A DNA stretch of 64,000 nt from Epiperipatus broadwayi (GCA_028023455.1 JAQFVV010000004.1:19344001-19408000), one strand, 5' to 3'; numbered from the stretch's first letter, positions 26,920-41,152 are shown. The notes: generated by a model not told the origin, from the sequence alone. Program-made: numbers and translations.

Positions 26920-27890
26920 AAAGTAATTGGTATGTTTTGTGGCTTTGAAAAAAAGCATTTGATAGAATAATCTGGAATAAGCTTATGACTATCTTAAAAA
27001 ATAAAAGAATATTTTGGAAAGAAAGAAGATTGATTTGGAATATGTATATGGGATAAAGGATGCAGTGTCTCTTTTTATTTTTATGAGTTAATTAGAAGAT
27101 ATGTTAAATAATTGTTTAGATTGTGGAAAAATAAATATTGGAGGTAAAATAATAAAATGTATAAGATTGACAGATGATATGGCTCTTATAGTTCAGAATA
27201 AAAAATGTCTTAAGAATATATAGAATAAATTTGATGAAGGATATATGGAATATTGAATGAAGATTAATGTTGAGAAGACTAAGTATTTATGGAGAGGGAG
27301 AAATGCAAAAGGACTGCAAATTGAAATCCATGATAACATAGTCCAACAGATAAAGGGATTTAGATATGGGGGTAGTTGGTTTAGTGAGGATGGAAAAAGT
27401 GAAGATGAAATGAAAAGAAAAATAGCATTGACAAAAGAGGTATTTATTAAAAGAAAGAAAATATTTTGTGGACCTTTAAACAGAGAATTAAGAAAAAGAT
27501 TAATTAAATGCTATGTGTGGAGTGTACTATTGTATAGTTGTGAAATGTGGACAATAAGTAATAAAATTAGGAACATATTGGAAGTCTTTGAGATGTGGAT
27601 ATGGAGAAGAATGAAAAAAATCAGTTGGATGAATAAAATAACAAATGAGAAAGTTTTGAAAAAAGTAAATGAAAAAAGAAGAGTGATTGAGGAAATCAGA
27701 GAGAAAAACTGTATTCAACATATATTAAGAAGAAATTATAGTTAATAAAAAATGTTTTGAAGGGAATGGTGAGTAAAAGTAAAAAGAAAGGATGGAAAAT
27801 ATTGATGTCATTAAATGATATAAGAGATAGAAACGTCGCATGGAATCGAAGAGCTGAGCAATGAAGAGAACAGAATGGAAAAATAGATGA
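26920..27890 (+). mobile_element. RTE-clade (BovB-like) LINE RT/3' remnant
   Basis: KKAFDRI, GGKIIKCIRLTDDMALI, and ORF 27257-27745 (MKINVEKTK...RLIKCYVWSVLLYSCEMWT...FEMWIWRRMKKISW). Confidence 0.9.
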
Positions 27891-28310
27891 ATTGATGGTG
27901 TGACTACTCCTTGGATTTATCCATGTGACTTTGATCGATTCAAATTCATATAGATTTAAAATTGTTTCAAGTAATTAAAGTTTGTCCAAACAAGTCTAGA
28001 TTCTTTATGAGTAAAGGACTCGTAGACAATCTAGCTATCCAACCACTAACATAATATAATCAAATGACTTGTTTAGGAATTCATAAAAAAGTTTAAGTAC
28101 CATAAATGACAGAGCTGGGCTGTGATCCATAGACCTTGAGTTCTGTGCCTGTGACTACTTCTATTGCGTCAAGTTATGCAGAAAAAATAATTAAATATAT
28201 TCAGGTGTTTATATATAGAGTATATGAGCACAGACTTTCATATGACCCACCACTCTCCACACTATCTCATAACACTGATACACTCAAACACACATATGTT
28301 GAAAAGATAA

Positions 28311-28369
28311 ATAATCACCAATATACATATTTCATGCTAAACCAGCAATCATCAGTTGGTCCAGATTAC
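28311..28369 (-). ncRNA. Family A hammerhead, mutated (G10.1 to U; CpG loss in stem III)
   Basis: GTAATC-TGG-ACCAA-CTGATGA-TTGCT-GGTTT-AGCAT-GAA-ATATGTAT-A/TTGGT-GATTAT. Confidence 0.7.
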
Positions 28370-28694
28370 CATCTCTACACATATATGCTATAAGTGTTCA
28401 GATATTTATTAAGATAGCCAAACCTCATACTTTAACGGACAGGCTTCAATCCACTCCACACTCCAACTCTCCAACCGTCATCCAATTGAAAATCTGATGA
28501 TGGAATGCTCAAAGGCCACCCTGAGATTGAGATTCTTGTCACACCCATGTTGACCTAAGGTCAATCTGACTCCTCATGTACAGGATGACATAATCCATTT
28601 AATACACATAGAAGGGAAGGGCAGACATCTCTACTTATGTAATAGCTGAAACACAGGCTTATCTGAACACTTATAGCATATATGTGTAGAGATG

Positions 28695-28753
28695 GTAATC
28701 TGGACCAACTGATGATTGCTGGTTTAGCATGAAATACGTATATTGGTGATTAT
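28695..28753 (+). ncRNA. Family A hammerhead (core intact, U.U at base of stem II)
   Basis: GTAATC-TGG-ACCAA-CTGATGA-TTGCT-GGTTT-AGCAT-GAA-ATACGTAT-A/TTGGT-GATTAT. Confidence 0.75.
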
Positions 28754-28923
28754 TTATCTTTTCAACATATGTGTGTTTGAATGTTATGAGATAGTGTGGA
28801 GAGTGGTGGGTCATATGAAAGTCTGTGCTCATATACCCTATATATTACATATATAGACACAGGTATATATAAGCCTGTGTGTTTCAGCTATTCACGTGTT
28901 TATAAAAAATTTGAATATTAAAT

Positions 28924-28994
28924 GTGGGAGAAATGAGCATGACCTGTGTTCTTAAGTTCCAAAGTTTGCATTCTACCACTGAGCCAAACCACAC
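28924..28994 (-). mobile_element. Degenerate tRNA-derived SINE head (different family)
   Basis: Minus strand TGGCTCAGTGGTAGAATGC A-box/D-arm; B box lost. Confidence 0.4.
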
Positions 28995-30620
28995 AGGGCT
29001 GCCACCTACTAATGGTCATTAAATAAGAATTTTAGGTAAAGATTTCAAAGGCAGATGGATTGATGCAGTAATCATAAATAGAAAAAAAAGTAATATGATG
29101 CAACTGTGCTATAAAAATTGGGGTGACATATAAGTGAGGGGTCTCGTGCATTTGCAAGCATTTATTACATAGGTTATTTTTATTGCTTGTTGTTATGAGA
29201 AATATTTATTTACTAGGATATTGACAATCTTCTAAAAATTTATGTCAAATTATTGTGCCTTTTATTTAAAGATTTGTTTTTCAGTAGAAAATATATGTTA
29301 AGATACTGATATATAAAAAAATTAATTAATATATAGAAATAAAACATTCTAGATTTACTTTATTCTATATATTTATTTTTACACATCTGAAGCTATATAT
29401 TTTTTTATTTTAATGACTAAGTATTTAATATATTTTTTAAATTTTATTTTAAAGATACCACACACTTTCATTTTTTACTTGTATAATAAGTCAGAATATA
29501 TTTACAGCTGAGTAAGTATAATTTTACATCCATAACGTTAAATATATATATATTTTTCAAAGTAAAAGAGAACTTTTTGATCTTAGTAGAATTTTTTTCG
29601 AAGGTTGTTTATAAATTATTTAAAAATGGCAAGTCATTAAGAAACAGTTCATGAACATTTGTGAATACCGTAAAAGCTGTTTTCCACTTCAATACTCAAA
29701 TCTGAAGCTGTAAATTGATGAAAATGTGATATGTAAGGATTTTTTTTATACTCTGGATTATTTTTCAATGAATAGAGAAAATGTGGTATAGCATTTAATT
29801 AAGTGGAATTGACTTTTTTTGGTTTCTTTTACAGTATTTGCTTTTACAAATGTTATCTGAATACTATAGTACATGTATGTTTTCTCTACTGAGTAGATAT
29901 ATATGTTAAAAAGTTCTTCCGGTTTCTCTGTAAGAATTATAAAGAGACTATTCATGCAGAGAAAGATCATAAAATGGATGGTCTAAATATTACTATGTTT
30001 ATTATCCAGCTAAAATGCTGACATTTCAATGACATCTCTGTTTATTTTCTTCAAGGCAATACTAATTGATTTCAAAATTGAGATCTGGATGAAATTTTTT
30101 TTATAATACCAAAAGTTCATTAGATTTTAAAATAACAGATGGAAAAAAATGTAGTAGAAATCATTCCATTATTTTTTAAGGGAATAATGGTTTATATATG
30201 TAATAATTTTAAAATATATTTTTTAATTTAAATATTTGGGTAAAAGTGTTTTCTAATATATTATATTTAGAAAGAATTTAGTTTTATTTGAATTTATAAT
30301 ACAACTAATATTAATTGGATGAATAATAAAGAAAAACGATTTTTTTTAATAAAGATTTTTGAAACATGCTTTATTAAAGTTATTGGCTTACAAAACAAAA
30401 TTATTCTCTCAAACACACATATGAAAAAAAAACTGACAAAAGTTATATAAAAGCTAACAATTACAACTGAAACTAAAATTTTACAGTTGTATCTTGTTGA
30501 AATTATAATAAATTTTAGTGAACATTTGTTTGTGTCTCTGCCTTATAAAGCAAAATTCTTTGGTTTAAGTGATCTGGCACTGACTGCTGCTCAGTACAAG
30601 AAGCACAATTATTATTATTC

Positions 30621-31150
30621 AGGATTCGAACTCAGACATTGACACGACCCACTACTCTCAGTGCCATCTCATATTGCTGACCTACCTGATCACACACATG
30701 TTGAAAAGACAAACAATCACCAATATACATATTTCATGCTAAATCAGCAATCATCAGTTGGTTCATATTACTATCCCCTCCCATATATACAATCAGTACT
30801 CAGCTTTATATTAAGATAGCCAATCTTTATACTTTAATGGACAGGCTTCAAACTATTCCAACTCACAACTCTTCAGCTTTCCATTTCATTGAAAATCTGA
30901 TGATGGAACGTCAAAGCTCATGTTAGTGCCAAGGTTGTCATCCTACCCATGTTGATGTATTAGTCATTTTGGTCCCTCATGTACAGGAGAATAATCCATT
31001 TATACATACATATGCGAGGGATGGGCAGACTTTTTACACATTATTTATATAAATTAATACATTGTAAGGCTTAAACCTGCATTTATATATGTAATATATG
31101 CGGAATTTGAACTACATATATAAACGCTGTTTTAAGCCTGTACAATGTAT
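30621..31150 (-). mobile_element. Family A HHR repeat, one full monomer plus overlap (period ~480 nt)
   Basis: GGATTCGAACTC at 30622 recurs as GGAATTTGAACT at 31102; contains a mutated HHR at 30713-30771. Confidence 0.75.
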
Positions 31151-31381
31151 TAATTATTATTATTGTACAATGCAACTTCAGCTACTCAATTAGATTATTC
31201 ACAAATACACTGTCACAAAATTAAGGGAATAATAATGATCTTGTCCATACTTATGTATATAGCACAACAATAGGCACATTGATTAAATATACTGCCTTTA
31301 TTATGTGTAATACTAATGTAGTAAAGGCATGAGACTGCAAAACATTTTGAGCATATAATTACAGTTTTTACTAGGTATTCT

Positions 31382-32029
31382 TCAGTTTTCATTAACCAAA
31401 GCAACCACTGTAAAAGGAATCTCATTCCGCAAATTGTTTGCAGATGGCTGAAGCATCTTTAAAAAAAGTATCTTCAGAACTATTACCATGATTAACTGGA
31501 AATGGTTTATGATCATCTAATTCATATAGATGCCCATTTTTGTGAATTAAAGCAATAAAATGTAAATTTACATCATCATCAATTGATGAAGTTTCAGTTT
31601 ATCCTTCCTGGGCCATTGAGATTCCCTCATCTGTTTCCAGATACTTTGCTCTCTCTTCAGGCATCATGTCTTTGGTTAAATCAAAAAACTTTTTAAGAGA
31701 TCTATTAGAATCTAAATTTATTTTATTCACATTGTTTTCAATTGCATGTATAAGAGCAACCGTACCACATGCATTGCTAATTGTCTGATTAAGAAAATAT
31801 ACATCTGAACTAACAGTTTGATCAGTTTCATTGATATATTCTTCATATTTATCATTTGTAGGAAATAAAAGAAGTAATGCTATAACTGGTTTAGGAACCA
31901 TGTAGGTCATTATTCAAACCATAAACATCAACAAAATGCCATTTTTTTGGGGACTCCTAGATTTGTGACAAACTTATTCATAACATCTGGATTAGATTCT
32001 AAAGATAACCAATGAGTTTTTTCAGCCAT
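31382..32029 (-). pseudogene. UCHL3: Processed pseudogene of ubiquitin C-terminal hydrolase (UCH-L1/L3 family, peptidase C12)
   Basis: Intronless: MAEKTHWLSLESNPDVMNKF...VDVYGL...MVPKPVIALLLLFP...QTISNACGTVALIHA...[17 protein letters not shown]; two frameshifts, internal stops, small deletions. L1 versus L3 orthology not resolved. Confidence 0.9.
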
Positions 32030-32588
32030 TGCATATCATTTGTCTACATAAAAAAAATGATTTTTTTTTTGTTTTTAAAGCATATCTATAATTGTTCTCA
32101 CACATTAATTTTTCTACCGATTGGTAAGATGTAAAAAGTGGCGAAAATCTCAAAAGGATTTTAATAGAGATTTTGATTCCAAGCAGTTCAACTATCTTTT
32201 GTCCTGAAAAATAAGAATATAATATTTTTATTATAAAAGTAAATGTTAATATTTTACTTATACTATAATAAATGTTAATATTTTACTTATACTATAATAT
32301 TATTTAAGCATTAAAAATAGTAAATGGCTTTATTATTTGAGAGTTCATAAGAAGTTCATGTGTCAGAACTGAAATCAATCCAAGGGCTTTACATTCCAGA
32401 ATTTGATACTCTATCACTGCATTTATCCGTACGGAGCATTAAAACAATTGTAAGCAATTTTGAATAGTAAGTATAGCTACAATATTTATGCGGAACATCC
32501 ATCTTTTGATATATCTCTGTGTAAAAATGGATTTTCACATGTTCTTGCACACAGAAAAATCTGTAAAGATATTTATACCAATATATAT

Positions 32589-33235
32589 AAGTGTAATAAT
32601 GCTCAAGACTAAAAGAATTTATAAGTAATCATTAGAAATCAGTTAATACTTAGAAAATCCCAATATAGATAACAATCAAGAATTTCAAACTGTCATCAAG
32701 CCAATCTCCTTTTAGCAGTCGAAATGGAATCCAATGTCCATTAATGGTCTCATATATTTATAAAGACCCTAAAGATTGCAACTTGACCACAGAGATTAAA
32801 ATTATTGATTGGAAGAAGTTTAAATAAATCTCCTTAAACAGGTAAATATAACTTGTTCTGAATGCAGACTAATAAATAGTCAATTATAACATTACAAATT
32901 GCAACTACAATTTTCAAATTGCACCCAAAATATTATTTAAATAATAAGTGTAATAATGCTCAAGGCTAAATGAATTTGGAATGTTATAATTGACTATTTA
33001 TTAATCTGCATTCGGAACAGGTTATATTTACCTGTTTAAGGAGGTTTATTTAAAATTCTTCCAATCAATAATTTCATTCTCTGTAGTCAAGCTGCAATCT
33101 TTAAGGTCTTTGTAAATATATGAGACCATTAATGGCAATGGGATTCCATCTCTATTACTAAAAGGAGTTGCCTTGACAACAGTTTGAAATTATTGATTGT
33201 TGATCTATATTGGATTGTCTAAGTGTTGACTTGTT
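32589..33235. repeat. Family C: 357-nt unit with terminal overlap, followed by inverted partial copy
   Basis: AAGTGTAATAATGCTCAAG at 32589 and 32946; ~32980-33235 is the reverse complement of ~32640-32895. Confidence 0.8.
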
Positions 33236-36200
33236 TTTAATGGTCAATATATATATTATTTTAGAAAAAAACGTCAATGTACATTCATGGCATACTCATA
33301 GTTATCAAAATTATAGCAATTCATCACTAAATAAACATTCCAAATAAATAATGGATTTCTTAAATGTTATTGAATGAGAATTTGTTATAAGTTTGTAACA
33401 GAGAGTAAGATACTAATATATTAAAAGCATACTAGGTTAACTAAAATTAATATTTAAGTGCACACTCTATTAAAGAGCCTTTTAAATTATATATGACAAT
33501 GGCAGAAATCTATATAATTAAAAACTCTGCATTGTTTGTATAGATAATAAAGATCAAACAGGTTAATGAACTACAAAAAATATGAAATAGGTTCATAGAC
33601 TTTCTTTACAAAAAGATTTATTGATTTTTGTTTTAGTTTATTATTGTTTGCTTAAAAACTCTTTCAATATTTTCATGTTTTGCAGTGTTCTTCTTTTTCT
33701 CATCACTGCCTCACTGCTGAATAGTAAATATAAGTTAGAATCCTGTTTTAGAATCATTTAAAATTTTTAAGTCATTGTCAAAAGTTTTATATTTGATAAA
33801 GATGCTTAATAATTAAATTTAGTGAGAGAGAATGTTATTTAATCAGTATTCAAAATTTTCTAAATTTGTGACTCGTTATGAATTCAACATATAAAGTCAA
33901 ACAATGCTCCAGTAACATTAAAATTGGCTAATTTTGGACTAATTAATTAAGAACCACTCTACATAAATAAATTCAATTATTAGGCATAATGATATGAAAA
34001 TATGGAAAGAGTTCTCAATTAATAAAAGAAGAATCAACAAATTTTAATTAAAAAAAAAGCTAAAATCTTTTATTCATAATTATTTCTGTAGTTCACTAAC
34101 AGTGTATAGTTTTCATTACATATATATATATATTACGATTATAGGAACTCAAATCACAATTAAAATTACAAATTAAACTCAAATCCCATCATTAATATTG
34201 TAAAGCAGACCATAAGCATACAAAAGCATTAAACAAAAAAAATAATAATAATAATAATAAAAGGAAGGAAGTATATCATTAAAACTTCTAATTAACTTCA
34301 AATTAAAAAGATTTCAAAGATAAACAAACGTTAAATCTGTTATCAGCGATTTCTTATCTTTTTTTGTTTTTTAAGAATTAACATTTGATTTAAAAAAGAA
34401 AGAGCATAATGGGAAAAAGAGAAGCAAATCATAATGAAAGTAAAATGTCTGTACAAGAGAACATTTAAAATAATAGAATTCCTTTTCCATGGTTACTGAG
34501 AAAAAAGGTATTAATTATTAGGAATAGCAGTTTCATATAAATTAATTTCATTATTATTTTTTCTTTATAAGATTACATTTATATTCATTAAAATATGTTT
34601 GCAAAAGTCTGTGTAATTAAGAATAATTTTGTTCACATAATTTAAACCTGCATTTGTTTTAATGAATAATAAAAATAAAACAGGTAAAGGGAAAAACATA
34701 TACTGGATATAGATTCTCTCTTTTTTTTTTTTTTTACAGATTACAGGTATTTTATTTTTATTTTTAGAGGAACAACATTCTATCCTAAAGTAATTAAATC
34801 AAACACCTATTAAGAGAGTGAATATTATACATTAAAATAGATGAGTATGCTGTAATAAAAAGACAAAATATGTTTGTCAACAGGTGATTAGAATATATAC
34901 ATACCTACCCTAGCCAAACTATAGCTAGTGAGTCACTTGTGCCTCTTTGGATGGTCCATTCAGCTCTCACAAAACTTTTGAAATAAAATCATAATTAAAT
35001 TTATATTAGCATGATGTATTTGCATTTTATTGTGAAAACATATATGCTTTAATCTTTTGTGGTGGCAATTTAATAATGATTGTCTATGTCATCAACTTTT
35101 ATGATTTTATTATTATTTCCTGGAAATATAACACATAGTCCAAACTTGTTGATTCAGTTTTTGTTTGGACTTCATCCAGTGATATTGTTATTCCTTAGAC
35201 AGTTTCAATTCAAATGTTCTTCTACTTTGATTTTCAAACATAAACATGTTCCTTTAATTTAATCAAACAATACAGGTAATTATTTTTAATTTAAATTCAG
35301 AAAAAGAATTATTACAATATCTACCTTTATTTAAAAGAATCTTTTTGTAAAATAATGTTATTTTTTAGGACAATATATTCTTTTGAATCACTATACTAAA
35401 CAATGAAATTTATAAAATTCAAAACATCAAGTACAACTGAATATCTCTTAGAACTACTGTGAACTTTGTTAACAAATTATAAGCCAAATTTTAATGTTCT
35501 TGCTAATCGGATACAATCACATGTAAATAATACATATCTGTTTATTAATTTTGTTCTCTTCATTTTTTGTACAATTAATAAATCTTATTAATGAAAAAAA
35601 TAATTAAATATTTTCTTGTGTTGAAGACTTCAAAAATTTAATTGCGACCCTTTAATATATCACAATTTTAACATATAGCTTTTGCAGATATAAAGTTTGA
35701 CGACCTAAAAAATAAGAGATTTATTTTCATTCAAGTTAATTCTCCTCTGGTTAGCTTGTCTTAAAGAAGTTACAAGAAGTAGGCTTAGAATTTTTATTGA
35801 AGAATCCTGGGCTCAATTATGAGAAAAGACAGTTTTAAAAAATACTTTCAGTATTAGGTGATAAATCCTTGAATAAGTTTATTTTAGCCATTGAAATAGA
35901 GAAAATAGTGTGCTAAGTTCTTCAAACTATATGTTATCCTTTGCAATGGTTGTGTTACATCTAGAAGAAACTTATAGAAGTACCCTAGCTATAAAAAAAT
36001 CATATCCTATATACTTGTTCAGTAAGGTATTTTAAGTCTGTCTAAATACATAGCTGATTATATTAAGCAGAAAAAGTAAATCATAAATCTGATAAAGTGA
36101 ATGAAAATTAACCATATCAGCAAGTAAACCTTACAATAATGAATATGTTATGACTGCCATCACAGAAAAAAAATGATTAAAGAAGAAGAAAAGAGTTATG

Positions 36201-37050
36201 TGAAACATAATTCTTTTCTCTTGTCCAATATTCTATTATTAGGAATATTAACTTTTACACACAATAGTCAAAAAAGACAAATTTATATACTAATACAGGA
36301 AAATCAATACTTTAAATAATACCAATAAGAAACTTTTAAAATATCTATTAGCATAAAGCTGTATATTTTTTTACTAATGACTATTTATATATATTTAATC
36401 TTTTTTTTTTTTTTTGGAATAGTTAAAGTATATTTTTAATCCATATATATATATAGGTGTGTAGTTTTTTTTCTCTATTACTTGGTAATTTTTTTTTTCT
36501 ATTTTTACTTTAAGCCTATCAGGAAGATCATTTCAGATGCTGATCAAGAATATTGACTTTTTTTTGTCTTCTTTCTCTTCCATCTGCAGATTAATGTGCT
36601 AGAAAATGTAACAAATTTTGTAAGTAATTAGAATTTTTTTTTAATGAATTCTATATATTATTCTTTACTAATCTTTAACTTCTATTATCACCAGGTGTAT
36701 AAATGATCAAATTGAAACAAAGTTATCTTCATAGTTTGTTCAAACAATGATTATTATAGTTGATATTATAAAATGATCTTGTATAGATATGTTCAATATT
36801 TTTTGTTTTAATGATTTATTATTAATAAAACTATAATGATAACTAAACATTTGACTGCTTTTGATTCATGAAATTGTCAGATTATCAAGAAAATGTAGAG
36901 TTTACTGTTTTGGGTATTTATTAAAAATTTTCATATTATATTAGAATCAGATTTCTATGAAATGACTTTAATAAGTTGTATTTTTTTTAAATAAAAGTTT
37001 GTCATCTTAAATTGTTTTAGAAAGCTTACATATCTTGCATTTATGATTAA

Positions 37051-37415
37051 TAGCATACAAGTATCCTCACAAGTGTGGAATTTACCAATTCCAGAATATG
37101 TAAATACTTTTGTTCTGACCTTTCTAAAAAACCAAATCTTATATTTCTAAAAATATTTTTTGATAATTTAAATTGTAAATAGATTTTTGTATTGAAAATG
37201 GCATAACTTACAATAGAATTTTCTGGCTTTATATTATGAATCAATCTTGTATTTATGTTTCTTAGCATGCAAATATCCTCACAGCTGTGGAATTTACCAA
37301 TGCCACAATATATAAATGCTTTTTTTTCTTCTGGCTTTTCTAAAACACTAAATCTTTTATTTCTAAAAATATTTTTCGGTAACCCTCAAAATTTATAAAA
37401 CGATTTTTAATTGAA
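37051..37415. repeat. Diverged tandem duplication, period ~212 bp
   Basis: TATCCTCAC..GTGGAATTTACCAAT at 37062 and 37274, with matching downstream sequence. Confidence 0.7.
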
Positions 37416-40400
37416 ACATTAAATACATTTTAATGTTTTTAGAAGACTTTGACAAAATGTCTAAAACTAGGATATTCCCTTTACAAACTATTATGCTTAA
37501 AGTGATCCTTAATGTGACTTGAACCTGTTCAATTGCATGTCCAAAAGTATATCATATAAAATAATTTTAGTAAATAGCTGTTGATGAAATTTTACTAGAT
37601 ATGATTGAAATTTTATATAATATTTATCTAATGTAGATGATTAGAATTTTATTTAATAAGATTAGATTATCTCTAATATTTATAAATGTAAATAGGTCCT
37701 TTTTTAATGATCTAGCAGAATGATATAAACATTGGTTAACTTTTTATGTTCTACATATACTTTGGTTGATAGTAAATATAGAAGTTATCATAGACAGAAA
37801 TTATTATTTGAAAGCCCTGAAGCTAGAATGTTTGATCTCTGAAACACTTGTTCCTTAGATTATGGCTCCAGATTTATTATTTTTAATATTCAAACTTCTT
37901 ATAAACTCTTGAGTAATAAATCATTGATTTTTTTTATTATTCAAGCAATTACCTTGATTTAACAGGTTAATTTATATATATATTATAACTTAAGAAACTG
38001 ATCAACTACAGGGTGGTGGGACCCAAGAGAAGTCCTACAGTCAAGCCCAGCATGTTGGTCATCAAAAACCAATTATGTGACCTGTTAATCGACCATGTAA
38101 TTGCAGACTAGCAGAACAATCAAAGGTTACATGCATAGGCACCATATGACATGGATTTAAAAAAAACACCAAAGTACGAGTTCTCTTGTAGACAAAAATA
38201 CCATGTCTAAATAAAATTATTAAAATACAAGGTTCAAAATATTTTTATCATAATTCTTAAAATATCTTGATTGCAAATACGCTTTCACTCTTTATTATAT
38301 TCTAGAAATATTGTATTTATCTTAATTATAAGTTCTTTTACAAGTTTAAAATATCATAATCTCAGTTTTAAAAACACATTTATCTTAAATATAAGTTCTT
38401 TTATAAGTTTATGATATCCTGATTTCAGGGTTCAAATTCAGAATAAAATGCACTTGGAACAAAATGTTAATAGTAATCATTTTAACTTCTTAACAAAAAA
38501 TATGATGATTATTATTTAATCCAAACATGGAACATTTGACATTACTTTTAATTTATTTTGGAATCTTAGTATTTTAACAAAGTAGAAATGAAATTATATA
38601 ATAATAGAATATGCAAATACTTAACATTTCTAAATACTTTACAATCTTTTAAATACAACGATTTCACTTCTACTGATTATAAAATACAGAAATCTTATAT
38701 TTTCAGGTGTAAATTTGAATAAGTAATATTAAAATAATGTAGAAGGCAGAAAGGGCAACTTTTATGCTGCAAACTACACAAACAAGGGCATTTGAAATGA
38801 AATAAATAATATAACATTTATCTTTTAAGAATGCAGGTAAAATAAATAATTATTAAGCAAAATGAATATATAAATACTATGTGACCATTGAAATGTAATT
38901 TTAAAATAATTATTAATGCAAATCTTATTAAAGTAAATGTTCTGACAAACAGATTTGCTTATGCAATGATATTATAATGGTAATGAAACAAAAATGTATT
39001 TAATTAATAATAATTTTTTTTATTTACAACATATAATAATCCATATAATAAAATATTTGTTTGCAATAATAATTATTATTTTTTTAAATTTCTATTTACA
39101 ATTTACAGATATTATTAACTAATACATTGGTGTAACTTTCTTAAAACCATTTCTTAAATTTTATCATATAAGTAATATTTACTACCCAACAGTTCTCTTA
39201 CGCACAAAATACAATCTTTATTTCCAAACCCAGTACCCATAATGTAAAACAATATATCTCTATGCCTTTGTTGAAGCTGCTAGGAGATATTATACATTTT
39301 ACTTAATCAAAATAGTATTAAAATATCAGTGTGGAGATGCTTAACAAATATTAATACAATAGCAACCAATATTATGCAATATAAAAACACTTATAACCTT
39401 AACAATACCTATGTTGATGTGAGGAAATAACAATGATCGACACTGCTAATATATTTGAAATTGAGCTAATAATAAATTGTAAAGTTGCACATGCCTATGA
39501 ATATATACCCAAATATATTCTAACATTAAAATTCTAGGTATAGTAGTCAAGGAAAATGTAAGCTAGCAAAAATATGATTGAACACCCAGTACAATGTGCA
39601 CGCAGTATCGATAAATGAATGAGTCAAACCCTCTTTCCTGGAGTGGGTAAATATGGATAAAAGGAATACAACATTTACTTAAAATTGTCTCAAAAACACT
39701 ACTAATGATAAAAGGCATAAAGCCAATAATAATTGACATATTAATAATTGTTCATCTCACACACATATACAAAAAGGCACATAATTCATTCACTCAGTTT
39801 AAGAAAATTATCATACCCATATTGATATTTATAACATTTTCATTCATAAAATACTTTTCCATAAATGTACAAAAGGCTTTTATTTCTCTAGGTGCAATAA
39901 TTTATAATTTTAAATATTCATTTGAAAAAAACTTAATCAAACAAATATAAAATGAAACCTTTTACTGTTATATCTTACCAATTCCATCTCTGGAACACCA
40001 TTCGTACAAACATATTTATAATATAATAACTAATAATAATGATAATATAATACCATTTTAGAGATTAAATAGTTCATTTCCTTTGTATAAGGAACACTAT
40101 CTTTTTTTAGTCTTTTGTTATTTTCTTGAAGTGATATATAAATTGATACACAATCCTTTACTAAGTAGAGCAGACACATATATGTACAAATAATTTGGGG
40201 GGAAAGTTCACAATAATTTCACACAAATAAAATAACAGGAGGTAATAGCAAATGATTTAAATGACAACAATTTCTTTCAAAATGCATTTTTTTAAAATGA
40301 CAATAAAATCAAAGGAGCAGTGAACAGAATAATTCTTTATTTAAAATTGCTCTTTATAAAGTTTTATAATTACAAGTTGACTGCAGTAAACTTAAATTAT

Positions 40401-40615
40401 ATTTATTTCTTTAACTATTGAGAAGAAAATCTGAAATTTTCAGACATAAAAATATTAACCCCCTAAACATCACATGATCACAATCTCTTATACTAGCACA
40501 TAATTGTTATTAAACAAGGCAAAACTCTCCATACAGTAGTGCCATCCTGTGCCAACTAGAGTAATCAATGGATGCTAGAAGTCTTGTGCATAAAATCCCT
40601 ATCTAGTGTCTACTC

Positions 40616-40674
40616 ATCCTATATCCCCAGACTAGTTTCTGGCTTGTGGCCTTCATCAGTGAGGAGCCTTAGAT
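40616..40674 (-). ncRNA. Minimal type I hammerhead, family B (best-preserved copy)
   Basis: TCCTCA-CTGATGA-AGGC-CACAA-GCCA-GAA-ACTAGT-C/TGGGGA: intact core, GUC site, ACTAGT palindrome, 6-bp stem I, A.A at base of stem II. Confidence 0.75.
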
Positions 40675-41093
40675 CTGAGAGTACTGCACCGAGATCTTAG
40701 GACTTAATGCAACCCTCCAGCAGCCACCTTTTATGGATAGTTTTGCCTTGTTTAATAACAATTATGTGCTAGTAAAAGAGATGGTGATCATGTGATGTTT
40801 AGTGGTTTAACACCAATCCTGCCTAATAGGATAGTGGTGGCTATGGTTGTTAAAGAGCCAAAGACATCAAAATATATGGGTGCTGAACTGAGTTCAGACC
40901 CATATGACTATATAAGATATTGAGCTTAGATTGAAAATATTATTGTGTTTTTTAATTTCATTCTCATAGTTTTGTAGTTAAGTAGAGATAAAAGGTGGCA
41001 ATTTCATTCTCATAGTTTTGTAGTTAAGTAGAGATAAAAGGTGGCTGCTGGAGGGTTGCATTAGATTCTAAGATCTAGGTGCAGTACTCTCAG

Positions 41094-41152
41094 ATCCAAG
41101 GTTCCTCATTGACGAAGGCCACAAGCCAGAAACTAGTCTGGGGATATTGGAT
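41094..41152 (+). ncRNA. Family B hammerhead with C3U change
   Basis: ATCCAA-GGT-TCCTCA-TTGACGA-AGGCCACAAGCCA-GAA-ACTAGT-C/TGGGGA-TA-TTGGAT; extended stem I. Confidence 0.65.

Larger units (their letters stand above)
28201..28892. mobile_element. Family A HHR repeat, inverted pair
   Basis: 28201-28400 mirrors 28662-28860; also 28641-28662 mirrors 28869-28892, showing circular permutation of the unit. Confidence 0.85.
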
